Positions 20,192 to 29,282 of a DNA stretch of 64,000 nt are shown here, piece after piece. A model generated the notes under the pieces. That model was not told where the DNA came from, did no database searches, and was given only the letters and a program-made list of their open reading frames with translations. The DNA comes from an uncultured Planctomycetia bacterium (GTDB lineage: Bacteria; Omnitrophota; Gorgyraeia; 2-02-FULL-51-18), in assembly GCA_964642015.1 (NCBI GenBank), contig CAZXLF010000001.1, positions 432,168 through 496,167 of the forward strand. The letters run 5' to 3'. Numbering within the stretch: the stretch's first letter is position 1; the number at the start of each line of letters is the position of its first letter. The position numbers were made by a program, and so were the translations under genes.

Positions 20192-21111
20192 CCATGGACA
20201 GTTATGCCGATAAGTTTCTTACTTATCTGAAGGTGGAAAAAAATTATTCTAGGCACACGCTGATTAATTATTCCCACGATCTTAAGGAATTTTATGGATT
20301 TCTTGGTGAAAATTCTTTACCCGGTGTTGATATTGCTTTTTTTAGACGATATCTCGCGAGTCTTAAGGAAAAAAATCTTTCGAAGCGTAGTATCGCCAGA
20401 AAAATGGCGACGCTTAGAACGTTCTCGAAGTTTTTGACGCGAGAAGGTTATTTGAGGAAAAATCCGATGAGTGCCTTGAGGACGCCGAAACTGGAAAAGA
20501 AGCTCCCCATGGTCTTGGATGAAAGTGAAATAAGCCGGCTCATGGATTCCACCGGAAACGACCTGATCGGTCGCCGCGATCGGGCGATCTTAGAAACGCT
20601 TTATTCGACAGGAATGCGTGTGTCAGAGATCGTCCAATTGAATTTAGAACGCGTCGATTTTATCGGCGGTGTGTGCCGTGTCATAGGAAAAGGCTCTAAA
20701 GAACGTTTATGCCCGATCGGTGACCGCGCTCTCAGAAGCATCCGACATTATCTTGAGCTTCGGGAAGCTGAAGGGTCTAAAGGTTCTAAATCGAAACGGA
20801 ATAAGAAAATAGCAAACGGCCAGGATGCTCTTTTTCTGAATCATTCTCCGAATCAGATGGGATCGCGGATCACCGATCGAAGTGTGCGCCGAGTGATGGA
20901 CCGCTATATCGAAAAGACTTGCCGACGAGAAAATATTTCGCCGCATACGCTGAGACATTCATTTGCGACGCATCTTTTGAATCGAGGAGCTGATCTAAGA
21001 TCGGTGCAGGAGCTTTTGGGTCATGAAAATCTGTCGACGACACAAATCTACACGCACGTTTCCACGCAGAGGCTCAAAGAGGCCTATGACAAAGCTCATC
21101 CAAGGGCATAA
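20188..21111 (+). CDS. xerC: Tyrosine recombinase XerC
   Basis: RDRAILETLYSTGMRVSE, GKGSKER, SPHTLRHSFATH, LLGH, TTQIYTH, AHPRA. Confidence 0.9.
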   Translation: MTMDSYADKFLTYLKVEKNYSRHTLINYSHDLKEFYGFLGENSLPGVDIAFFRRYLASLKEKNLSKRSIARKMATLRTFSKFLTREGYLRKNPMSALRTPKLEKKLPMVLDESEISRLMDSTGNDLIGRRDRAILETLYSTGMRVSEIVQLNLERVDFIGGVCRVIGKGSKERLCPIGDRALRSIRHYLELREAEGSKGSKSKRNKKIANGQDALFLNHSPNQMGSRITDRSVRRVMDRYIEKTCRRENISPHTLRHSFATHLLNRGADLRSVQELLGHENLSTTQIYTHVSTQRLKEAYDKAHPRA

Positions 21112-21118
21112 GCTGTAA

Positions 21119-22402
21119 ATGCGTTTAGTTTATGACATTGTTTTTTTTATTTTTTGCATATTTTATTTACCTATATTTTTTATTAAAGGTAAGCATCGAG
21201 ACGGTTTTTTATCACGCTTCGGCGTAGTACCAAAAGATGTTCGGGAAAAGTTATTTGGGAAAAAAGTGATCTGGATCCATGCGGTGTCGGTCGGAGAGAT
21301 GGCGCAGGCTGTTAAGCTCACCGGCGCTTTAAGGAACAAGTATCAGGATCTTTGCTTTGTTTTGACCGCGACAACGGCTGCAGGTAAAGCGTTCGCGGAA
21401 AAGCACAAGGATCCGCGGGATTTCGCGATTTATTTTCCGGTGGATTTTCGTTCATCCGTGAATGCTTTTCTCCTAGCAGTCGATCCGAAAGCAATGATCA
21501 TTCTTGAAACAGAGATATGGCCGAATCTGTTGTATGCGCTTTCGAAAAGAGGGGTGCCGGTATTCATCATGAATGCGAGGATCTCGGACCGCGCGATAGG
21601 GAGATACCGGCTGTTAAAACCGTTATTGGGATCGGTGATGGATCAAATCGCTTGGGTCGGCGCGCAGGATGACAAAATGCGCTCCAGATTCATGGAACTT
21701 GGCATGAAACCGGAGAAAGTGATGGTGACAGGGAATATGAAATTCGATTGGCAGCCTTCGACGACGAAGAAGAACGAAGTTGAGATGATCCAGCAATACC
21801 TTAAGATGCCAGGAATGTTTTTATTGATTGCCGGAAGCACTCATCAGGGCGAAGAGAAGATAATGTTCGATCTTTTTAAAAAAATGAGGGCCGAATTTCC
21901 ATTTTTTAAACTTTTGATTGCCCCTAGGCATTTAGACAGGATAGCGTCGATTGAAGAAGAAGCTCAGAAAAGCGGTGTGAAGCTTGAATCTTTTTCGTCT
22001 TTAGCTGGAAACGGAAACCGACCTGAAGCAAGAGAGGCAGTTTTTTTGCTGGATAAGATAGGCATCTTGGCGGATTTGTATCAAATCGCGGATGTTGTGT
22101 ATGTGGGAGGGAGTCTTGTGCCGAAAGGAGGACATAATCTCGTTGAGCCGGCCTATTATGAAAAGCCCGTTGTGTTCGGGCCGTATATGAATAATTTCGC
22201 AGAAATGGTCTCCGAGTTCAAAGAAACCGCAGCAGCCGTTCAAGTGAGAGATCTGCAATCTTTGGAGGCGGAGATCAGAAAATTGATTCAGGATAGTGCA
22301 TATAGGAATAAGATCGGGGCTGCGGCAAAAAAGGTTGTAGAAACTAATCGCGGAGCAACAGAGCAAAATATCAACGCATTTCTCAACGCAGTTCATATTT
22401 AA
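21119..22402 (+). CDS. waaA: Kdo transferase
   Basis: IWIHAVSVGE, ETEIWPN, NARIS, GNMKFD, AGSTH, APRH, GGSLVPKGGHN. Confidence 0.95.
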   Translation: MRLVYDIVFFIFCIFYLPIFFIKGKHRDGFLSRFGVVPKDVREKLFGKKVIWIHAVSVGEMAQAVKLTGALRNKYQDLCFVLTATTAAGKAFAEKHKDPRDFAIYFPVDFRSSVNAFLLAVDPKAMIILETEIWPNLLYALSKRGVPVFIMNARISDRAIGRYRLLKPLLGSVMDQIAWVGAQDDKMRSRFMELGMKPEKVMVTGNMKFDWQPSTTKKNEVEMIQQYLKMPGMFLLIAGSTHQGEEKIMFDLFKKMRAEFPFFKLLIAPRHLDRIASIEEEAQKSGVKLESFSSLAGNGNRPEAREAVFLLDKIGILADLYQIADVVYVGGSLVPKGGHNLVEPAYYEKPVVFGPYMNNFAEMVSEFKETAAAVQVRDLQSLEAEIRKLIQDSAYRNKIGAAAKKVVETNRGATEQNINAFLNAVHI

Positions 22403-22416
22403 AGGAGTTGTAAGCT

Positions 22417-23397
22417 GTGAAAAAAGTCCTTGGTTCAGCATTATCATCGATCTATCGGGTCGCGCTTGTTACTAGTCAGGCAAGTTATCGCACGGTTCCT
22501 TTCAGCATCCATAAGGTGCCGGCGCGGGTGATCAGCATAGGAAATATCACATGGGGCGGCACTGGAAAAACACCTCTTGTGGCCATGCTTGCCCGTGAAA
22601 TCTCGGCCTCCGGAAAAAAAGTGGTCGTGTTGACGCGTGGCTACGGCAAAGACGAGGTAGCCGAGCTTAAGAAAAAATTACCAAATATACCTATTTTAGT
22701 TGGACGCGACAGAATTAAGACCGCCCAAGAGGCCGTTAAAAAACATCAAGCCGAAGTGATCATCTTGGATGATGGGTTTCAGCACATTCGGCTCCACAGG
22801 GATGTTGATGTTGTGACGATCAACGCTACGGAACCTTTTGGTCCCGGGGGGCTTATACCGATCGGCACTCTGAGAGAGCCGTTAGAGCATCTTTCGCGCG
22901 CACATATTTTCGTGCTTACCAAAACCAATATCGGTTCGAAAAACGTGCATTGGATTAAGCAGAAACTTGTATCGATCAAACCGGAAGCTGTTATTTATGA
23001 AGCTGTGCATCAGCCGATCCAATTAATGGATTTTCGGCGGAACCGTTATGTGCCGCTTCACGAGATTAAAAACAAAAAAATCGGAGTTATCTCCGCCATC
23101 GGCGATCCTTATTCTTTTGAAAAAAGCTTAGAAAATCTCGGCGCCGAGATCCTTTTTACCGCTCGTTATGACGACCATCATTTGGTAAGCGAAGCGGAGT
23201 TTTCAGATTTTCTCAAACGGTGCAAAGAAGTGGGAGTAAAAGACGTTGTAACAACGGAGAAGGATTTCTACAGAATGGAACCGTTTTTTAAGAAAAAGAG
23301 ACCCAAAGATATACATAACTTCAATTTTTTGGTCCTGCAGATAGAATTTCAGGTGGACGATGAAGAAGATTTTATTCGAAGATGCCTTAATCCTTAA
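22417..23397 (+). CDS. lpxK: Tetraacyldisaccharide 4'-kinase
   Basis: SIGNITWGGTGKTP, LTRGYG, LDDGFQH, GTLREP, TTEKD; AAGGAG RBS before the GTG start. Confidence 0.94.
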   Translation: MKKVLGSALSSIYRVALVTSQASYRTVPFSIHKVPARVISIGNITWGGTGKTPLVAMLAREISASGKKVVVLTRGYGKDEVAELKKKLPNIPILVGRDRIKTAQEAVKKHQAEVIILDDGFQHIRLHRDVDVVTINATEPFGPGGLIPIGTLREPLEHLSRAHIFVLTKTNIGSKNVHWIKQKLVSIKPEAVIYEAVHQPIQLMDFRRNRYVPLHEIKNKKIGVISAIGDPYSFEKSLENLGAEILFTARYDDHHLVSEAEFSDFLKRCKEVGVKDVVTTEKDFYRMEPFFKKKRPKDIHNFNFLVLQIEFQVDDEEDFIRRCLNP

Positions 23398-25330
23398 TAC
23401 GGTCAAGTTTCTTCGCGCTCTTGTCCGTGTCCTTCCTTTAAGGGTCGCTTTCGCCGCCGCAAGTTTTATAGGGTCGGCCATCTATATTTTTAGCAAGCGC
23501 CGGAAAATTGCGTATAAAAACCTTCGTGCTGCATTCTCGAAAGAAATGGAACGTGCCGAGATGAAGAAGATTGCGCGTTCATCGATGAGGAATCTGGCGA
23601 TGTGCGGTGTTGAACTGCTGAAATTCCCGGAAATGAACCGGCGATACATCGAAGAAAACGTTCGGATCATCGGCACGGAAAAGATTAATGAAAAGCTAAA
23701 AGAAGGGAGAGGCGCGATATTTTTGACTGCGCATTTCGGTTGCTGGGAGCTTCTGAATTTGGCTTCAAATCTTGTCGGTTATCCGATGGTCGCTTTGGCC
23801 CGTACACAAAAGCATCCGAGGTCTGATGAATTTTTAAATTCCCTTCGCACATCCAAAGGAAACCAGGTCATCCGCAAAGGCATGCCGGTGCGCGAAATCC
23901 TTAAAGCATTGAAAAGCGGTAAGATCGTCGGCATGTTGAGCGACCAGGATGGGGGAAAGAACGGGACTTTTGTGAAGTTCTTTGGCAGGCAGTCCTCGAG
24001 CCCGAGCGGTGTGGCAACCTTCGCCTTGCGTACCCATGCCCCAATATTCCCTGTTTTTATATTCCGTGAAAAGCTAGGTAAACACCGCGTTGAAGTGGGT
24101 GATCCGCTCATCCGGCCCTCAGATGAGTTGCCTCCCGAGGAAGCGGAACGCAATATCCTTCAACAGTTTGCCAAGATTCTTGAGTCAAAAATAAGAAAAG
24201 CGCCTGACCAATGGCTCTGGGCGCATCGGCGATGGAAATCCACGCCAAATCGCTCAATAGTTATTTTGAGCGACGGAAAGCAAGGGCATCTTAACCAGTC
24301 GCTGGCGGTCTTGAATGGTGTCTGCAGAGAACGTGAGTCGCAGTCTGTTCCGCCAGAGTACACGAACTCGAAGATCATCAACGTGCATTTTAAAAATGAT
24401 TTTTCCAAGCATCTGCTGAACATCATGTCCATTTTATTTTTTGGGCATATACCATTCAAACCATGGGTAATGAAAAATTTTTTAAGTCAGGATTGTTACG
24501 CTGAAATTATGAAAAGCTATGCGGATATCGTTATTTCATGCGGTTCGTCTATTTGTGCTGTGAACCTGCTTGTCAAACATGAGAATCTTGCAAAATCGAT
24601 CGTGATCATGAAACCGGCCGTGCCTTCCTATCATTTTGATGCCGTAATCGTGCCTAGGCATGATAAAATAAAAGGAAAAAATAATATTTTTTTTACCCAG
24701 ACAACTTTATCGAATATCACTGAGGAAATTTTAAGCACTGAATCCGATAAGCTGCTTGACCGACTTTCAATATCGCGTGACCGCAAGCGTATCGGTTTTT
24801 TGGTCGGGGGAGACACGTTGAAGGTCAGATTCTCGCAGAGTTATTTCACAAAACTTCTGCAGGAATTGAAGCGTTTCAGCGTGGACACCGGCGCTTATCT
24901 TTTGGCTACATCATCGAGACGCACGCCTCGATGGGCGGACGAACTCTTAAAAAAGACGTTGAACGAAAAAAAACAATGTCCACTTTTGGTGATAGCAAAT
25001 GAGTCCAACCAAAAAGGCGTTGTGTCGGGGATATTGGGTCTTAGTGATCTACTGGTAGTATCCGGCGAATCCATGTCGATGGTTTCCGAAGCGATCGCTT
25101 CACACAAACCGGTTGTGGTATTTTTACCTTCGCAGAAAGGGCGTCTTAAGCCGAAACATGAGGATTTTTTGAATAGAATGTTCGATCAAAAACTCATCGC
25201 AAAAGCCACGCCTGAAAACCTTTATCAAATTATCAACGAACAAATGTTATCGAATAACGGACGGCATGCCGAATCGTTGATCTCGCAAGATCGTGAAGCA
25301 GTGTCGAATGCCGTAAGGCGGGCCATCTAA
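23360..25330 (+). CDS. Fusion of a lipid A late acyltransferase (LpxL/HtrB-like) and an ELM1/GtrOC1-family putative glycosyltransferase
   Basis: N-half: TAHFGCWE, MLSDQD, FFG, QWLWAHRRWK. C-half: ILSDGKQGHLNQS, VPRHD, LVGG, TSSRRTP, VSGESMSMVSEA. Confidence 0.82.
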   Translation: MKKILFEDALILNTVKFLRALVRVLPLRVAFAAASFIGSAIYIFSKRRKIAYKNLRAAFSKEMERAEMKKIARSSMRNLAMCGVELLKFPEMNRRYIEENVRIIGTEKINEKLKEGRGAIFLTAHFGCWELLNLASNLVGYPMVALARTQKHPRSDEFLNSLRTSKGNQVIRKGMPVREILKALKSGKIVGMLSDQDGGKNGTFVKFFGRQSSSPSGVATFALRTHAPIFPVFIFREKLGKHRVEVGDPLIRPSDELPPEEAERNILQQFAKILESKIRKAPDQWLWAHRRWKSTPNRSIVILSDGKQGHLNQSLAVLNGVCRERESQSVPPEYTNSKIINVHFKNDFSKHLLNIMSILFFGHIPFKPWVMKNFLSQDCYAEIMKSYADIVISCGSSICAVNLLVKHENLAKSIVIMKPAVPSYHFDAVIVPRHDKIKGKNNIFFTQTTLSNITEEILSTESDKLLDRLSISRDRKRIGFLVGGDTLKVRFSQSYFTKLLQELKRFSVDTGAYLLATSSRRTPRWADELLKKTLNEKKQCPLLVIANESNQKGVVSGILGLSDLLVVSGESMSMVSEAIASHKPVVVFLPSQKGRLKPKHEDFLNRMFDQKLIAKATPENLYQIINEQMLSNNGRHAESLISQDREAVSNAVRRAI

Positions 25331-27468
25331 TGAATGTTCTTCAAATGTTACCTGAACTGAAATCAGGCGGTGTTGAACGAGGCACGATAGACCTCGCTAA
25401 ATATCTTCAAAAAAATGGGCATAAGGCCGTTGTTGTTTCGGCAGGAGGTCCGTTGACCGGAGATCTGACTTCGGCCGGAGTGACGCATTATGCATTGCCG
25501 GTGCACAAAAAATCCCCGTTTTCAGTGTTCCATTCGGTGCGTGCGATCTCAAAGATCGTCAAAATAGAGAATATAGACATTATCCATGCCCGCAGCCGTG
25601 TTCCGGGGTTGATAGCTTTTTTTGTCAGTCGCAAAACTCACGTGCCATTCGTGACCACTTGCCATGGATTTTATAGCAAGCATATTTTAAGCCGGATCAT
25701 GGGTTGGGGAAAACTGGTGATTGTCGCAAGCCACATTATCGGCAAGAGAATGAGGGACGATTTCGGCGTGCCCTATCATAAGATAAGGTTCATTCCCAGG
25801 GGAGTGAATCTGGAAGAATTTAAATGGCGTCCCATTGACCCGGAAAGTTTTAAAAAACAGATCGTGATAGGTCTTATCGGCAGGATCACTCCGATCAAAG
25901 GCCACCCGCTTTTTTTGAAAGCTATGGCAAGGGTGACGCGCGTATACCCGAATATCAAGATCCAGATAGTCGGAGATTCTCCTAAGCCTCAGTATCGAGA
26001 AGAGCTTTTGATGTTAACTCGGCGTCTCGGGATTGCTCATGCTGTGGAGTTTTTGGGGACCAGATACGATATTCCGGAGCTCCTGAGCCGTATGAGCTTA
26101 TTGGTTGTGCCATCTGTTGGAGAAGAGGCATTCGGACGCGTGGCGATCGAGGCAGGCGCTTGCGGTGTCCCCGTTGTAGCGACGCGGATGGGCGGGTTGG
26201 TCGACATCATTGAGAATGAAAAGGATGGTTTATTGGTCCAGCCTGATGATCCGTCCGCACTGGCGGAAGCGGTCATAAAACTGTTGAGAGATCCGGAGCT
26301 TGCATCAAAACTTGCTTTGTCGCTTCGTCAAAAGGTTGAGCGGGAATTCAACCTTGAAAACATGTTTGAAAAAACGATAGCGGTTTACCAGGAAGCGATT
26401 TCAACAAAAAGAATATTGGTGATTAAATTAAGTGCGGTCGGCGATGTGATTTTGAGCATTCCATCGATTCGCGCATTAAGAGCGAAATTTCCCGGCGCCT
26501 GGATTTCAGTGCTTGTCGGAAGAAAATCCAGGAAGATCATCCGCAACTGCCCCTATGTGAACGATACGATCGTCTACGAGGATTCGCCAGGTCAGAAGAA
26601 TTATACCGGAACATTCAGGATGGCGCGCCTTCTAGCGAAGGAGGATTTTGATATTGTTGTGGATCTTCAGAATAATAAGGTCAGCCATTTGCTTTCTTAT
26701 CTTTGCGGGGCCAGGGTCCGCGTCGGACATGATAACCGCAAATGGTCTTTTCTTTTGAATAAGAAAGCAAAGAATTCTAATAACGGTTCTTTGCCGCCTC
26801 TTGAGCATCAGTTCAAGGTGCTGAAGCTTTTAGGGCTTGAAACTTTTGACAAGCGTCTTGAGCTTTGGACCGAAAAAGAAGAGGACCGTGCTGTCGCTGA
26901 ATTTTTACAGTCCCAATGGGTTTCTCCCAGCCAGACGCTTGTAGGGATCAATCCGGGATCATCATTACGCTGGCCGACAAAACAATGGCCGATCGAGAAC
27001 TTTGCCAAACTTTGCGATGAATTGGCCAAAAGAAATATTCGTGTGGTGATTACGGGTTCCGCGGAAGATTCAAAAATTGCTGCAGAATTGTTCCGTTTGA
27101 CAAGAAATAAGCCCATCAATGCCATTGGTAAAACTTCAATCACAGAGCTTGTGTCTTTGATCCGGCGCTGCCAGGTTTTCATTAGTTCTGATTCGGCGCC
27201 AATGCATATTGCATCCAGTGTTGATGCCCCTCTCATCGCAATATTCGGTCCTACGGACCCTAAACGGCATTTGGTTCCTCCGTCGCGTTATCAAGTATTC
27301 TGGAAAGAAGTGCAATGCAGTCCATGTTACTTGCGTAGCTGCCCCATAGGTCTCTTGTGTATGAAGCGCATCGGTGTTCAAGAAATACTCGACTCCGTGC
27401 TTTATTTCATAAAAGAGAAGCGGCCAACAAAGCTTGGCGAAGAAAATCTAGCCGCGCAGCTTTTCTAG
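25330..27468 (+). CDS. Fusion of a GT4 glycosyltransferase and a GT9 heptosyltransferase-like domain
   Basis: N-half: GGVERGT, HARSR, GRITPIKG, EAFGRVAIEA. C-half from about 26410: ILVIKLSAVGDV, KQWP, SSDSAPMHIA, IFGPT, CSPC. Confidence 0.88.
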   Translation: MNVLQMLPELKSGGVERGTIDLAKYLQKNGHKAVVVSAGGPLTGDLTSAGVTHYALPVHKKSPFSVFHSVRAISKIVKIENIDIIHARSRVPGLIAFFVSRKTHVPFVTTCHGFYSKHILSRIMGWGKLVIVASHIIGKRMRDDFGVPYHKIRFIPRGVNLEEFKWRPIDPESFKKQIVIGLIGRITPIKGHPLFLKAMARVTRVYPNIKIQIVGDSPKPQYREELLMLTRRLGIAHAVEFLGTRYDIPELLSRMSLLVVPSVGEEAFGRVAIEAGACGVPVVATRMGGLVDIIENEKDGLLVQPDDPSALAEAVIKLLRDPELASKLALSLRQKVEREFNLENMFEKTIAVYQEAISTKRILVIKLSAVGDVILSIPSIRALRAKFPGAWISVLVGRKSRKIIRNCPYVNDTIVYEDSPGQKNYTGTFRMARLLAKEDFDIVVDLQNNKVSHLLSYLCGARVRVGHDNRKWSFLLNKKAKNSNNGSLPPLEHQFKVLKLLGLETFDKRLELWTEKEEDRAVAEFLQSQWVSPSQTLVGINPGSSLRWPTKQWPIENFAKLCDELAKRNIRVVITGSAEDSKIAAELFRLTRNKPINAIGKTSITELVSLIRRCQVFISSDSAPMHIASSVDAPLIAIFGPTDPKRHLVPPSRYQVFWKEVQCSPCYLRSCPIGLLCMKRIGVQEILDSVLYFIKEKRPTKLGEENLAAQLF

Positions 27469-27483
27469 GAAGAAGAAATTTTT

Positions 27484-28254
27484 ATGAAAAGAATTGTGTT
27501 CGTTTTCGCGGTTTTGTTCGCACTTTATGCGTTTGGCAGATCGATTTATCAAGTCCCGGTGCTGATGTATCATCATGTGGGGGACGTTGCTGAGAACTCG
27601 AAGCTTAACGTAAGCCCTGAGACTTTCGAGCGCCAGATGGAATTTTTGAAGCTCCACCATTATCGCGTCATGTCGTTCGAAGATTTGATCGGGCATATCC
27701 GGATAGGCCAAGGGGTCCCGCGAAACACGGTTGCGATCACGTTTGACGACGGCTACCTTGATAATTTTGTCAACGCATTCCCGATTTTAAAGAAAATGGA
27801 TTTTCCGGCGACGATTTTCATGATCACCGGGAACATCGGAAAAAAAGGATGGCTGAGTGAAGAGGATCTTAGGATATTGGACTCGTCGGGGATCTCGATC
27901 GGCAGTCACACTGTCAATCATGTTTTTTTACCTCATCTTAAAAGAGAAGACGCCATTTTTGAGATCAGCCAGTCACGCAACCAATTAGAAAAGATCCTGG
28001 GTCATCCGGTATTTTTATTCAGTTATCCTGCCGGAGGCGTGACGGAGGATATCAAAAAACTTGTCATGCAGGAAGGCTATCACGGCGCTGTTACGACGAA
28101 TTACGGTGATTCCAAAGATGATCTTTATGCATTTCGTCGTGTGAAGATCACGGAAAATGACGGAAATCTTTTTAGCCTTTGGGCTAAAGTGAGCGGCCTC
28201 TATTCTTTCGGTCGACGCCGTGTCAAAATGGAAACGGAAGGGATGGTCGTTTAG
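27484..28254 (+). CDS. Polysaccharide deacetylase (CE4/NodB-like) with an N-terminal signal or anchor
   Basis: PVLMYHHV, ITFDDGY, IGSHTVNH, FSYPAG. Confidence 0.9.
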   Translation: MKRIVFVFAVLFALYAFGRSIYQVPVLMYHHVGDVAENSKLNVSPETFERQMEFLKLHHYRVMSFEDLIGHIRIGQGVPRNTVAITFDDGYLDNFVNAFPILKKMDFPATIFMITGNIGKKGWLSEEDLRILDSSGISIGSHTVNHVFLPHLKREDAIFEISQSRNQLEKILGHPVFLFSYPAGGVTEDIKKLVMQEGYHGAVTTNYGDSKDDLYAFRRVKITENDGNLFSLWAKVSGLYSFGRRRVKMETEGMVV

Positions 28255-28256
28255 GT

Positions 28257-29282
28257 TTGGGACCCCGTATCTTGATCGTGAACGTGAATTGGATCGGCGA
28301 TGTTTTATTCTCTACACCGGCGATCCGCGCGATCAAAAAAAGATATCCTAAAAGTTTTTTAGCCTGTCTGGTCCCAAAACGTTGCGTGAATATTTTGAAC
28401 AATAATCCGTACCTTGACGAGATCATCGTAGGGGAGGATCGGGCGCCGTTTTACGCGCTGTTCAAGCATATGCGGATGATCTCCGCTCTCAGGCAAAGGC
28501 GATTTGACAGCGCTATATTTTTTCACCGCTCAAAAACAAGGGTCTTGTGGGCTTGGTTGGCCGGTGTACGCGAAAGAGTCGGTTACCAAGACCCGGGTAA
28601 AAAGCGGCTTTTGACCAAGTCGTGCCCCCGACCCGGAACAGAAATCCACAAAACAGATTATTTTTTGCGTCTTTTAGAATTTTTGGGCATACCTGCTGAT
28701 GGACGGGAACCCGATTTTTATCCACGTAAGGAAGCGCTGCCTGAACTTGCGGAGCTTCTGAGGGGTCACGGAATCCTGCCCGAGGATAAATATATCGTTG
28801 TTCATCCCGGAGGGAATTGGGATCTTAAACGCTGGCCATCGTCCTATTTTTCGGAGTGGATAAGACTTTTCATAAAAAGATCGAATTGGAAAGTCATTCT
28901 TTGCGGAACGATCAGTGAAGAATCGCTTTGTAAGAAGATCTTGTCGGAAGTTCAAAATCCGAAAGTCATTTCTTTTTGCGGAAAAACTTCAATTGATACT
29001 TTAGCGCTTTTGTTAAAAAACGCCGAGTTGCTTGTCTCCAATGATTCTGGTCCGATCCATTTGGCCGCCAGTCAGGGGACCGAGATCATCGGTCTTTTTG
29101 GGCCAACGACGCCGGCACTTACGGGCCCCATATCTCGAGGCCGGTCGTTGATATTAAGAAAAGATGTGGGCTGTGAAATCCCTTGTTATTTCCGTTCCTG
29201 CGACCATCGTGTCTGCATGGAATGGCTTAAGCCAGAAGAAGTCCATGAGAATACTTTGAAATTTTTGGATCAGAGATCATGA
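28257..29282 (+). CDS. GT9 LPS heptosyltransferase (WaaF-like)
   Basis: NWIGDV, HPGG...KRWP, SNDSGPIHLA, LFGPT, CxxPC. Confidence 0.88.
   Translation: MGPRILIVNVNWIGDVLFSTPAIRAIKKRYPKSFLACLVPKRCVNILNNNPYLDEIIVGEDRAPFYALFKHMRMISALRQRRFDSAIFFHRSKTRVLWAWLAGVRERVGYQDPGKKRLLTKSCPRPGTEIHKTDYFLRLLEFLGIPADGREPDFYPRKEALPELAELLRGHGILPEDKYIVVHPGGNWDLKRWPSSYFSEWIRLFIKRSNWKVILCGTISEESLCKKILSEVQNPKVISFCGKTSIDTLALLLKNAELLVSNDSGPIHLAASQGTEIIGLFGPTTPALTGPISRGRSLILRKDVGCEIPCYFRSCDHRVCMEWLKPEEVHENTLKFLDQRS

Noticed and set aside
20188-21111. Tyrosine recombinase as a possible phage or island integrase
   Set aside because: Its size, AHPRA C-terminus and dprA-topA context fit housekeeping XerC. No att repeats or cargo genes were seen.
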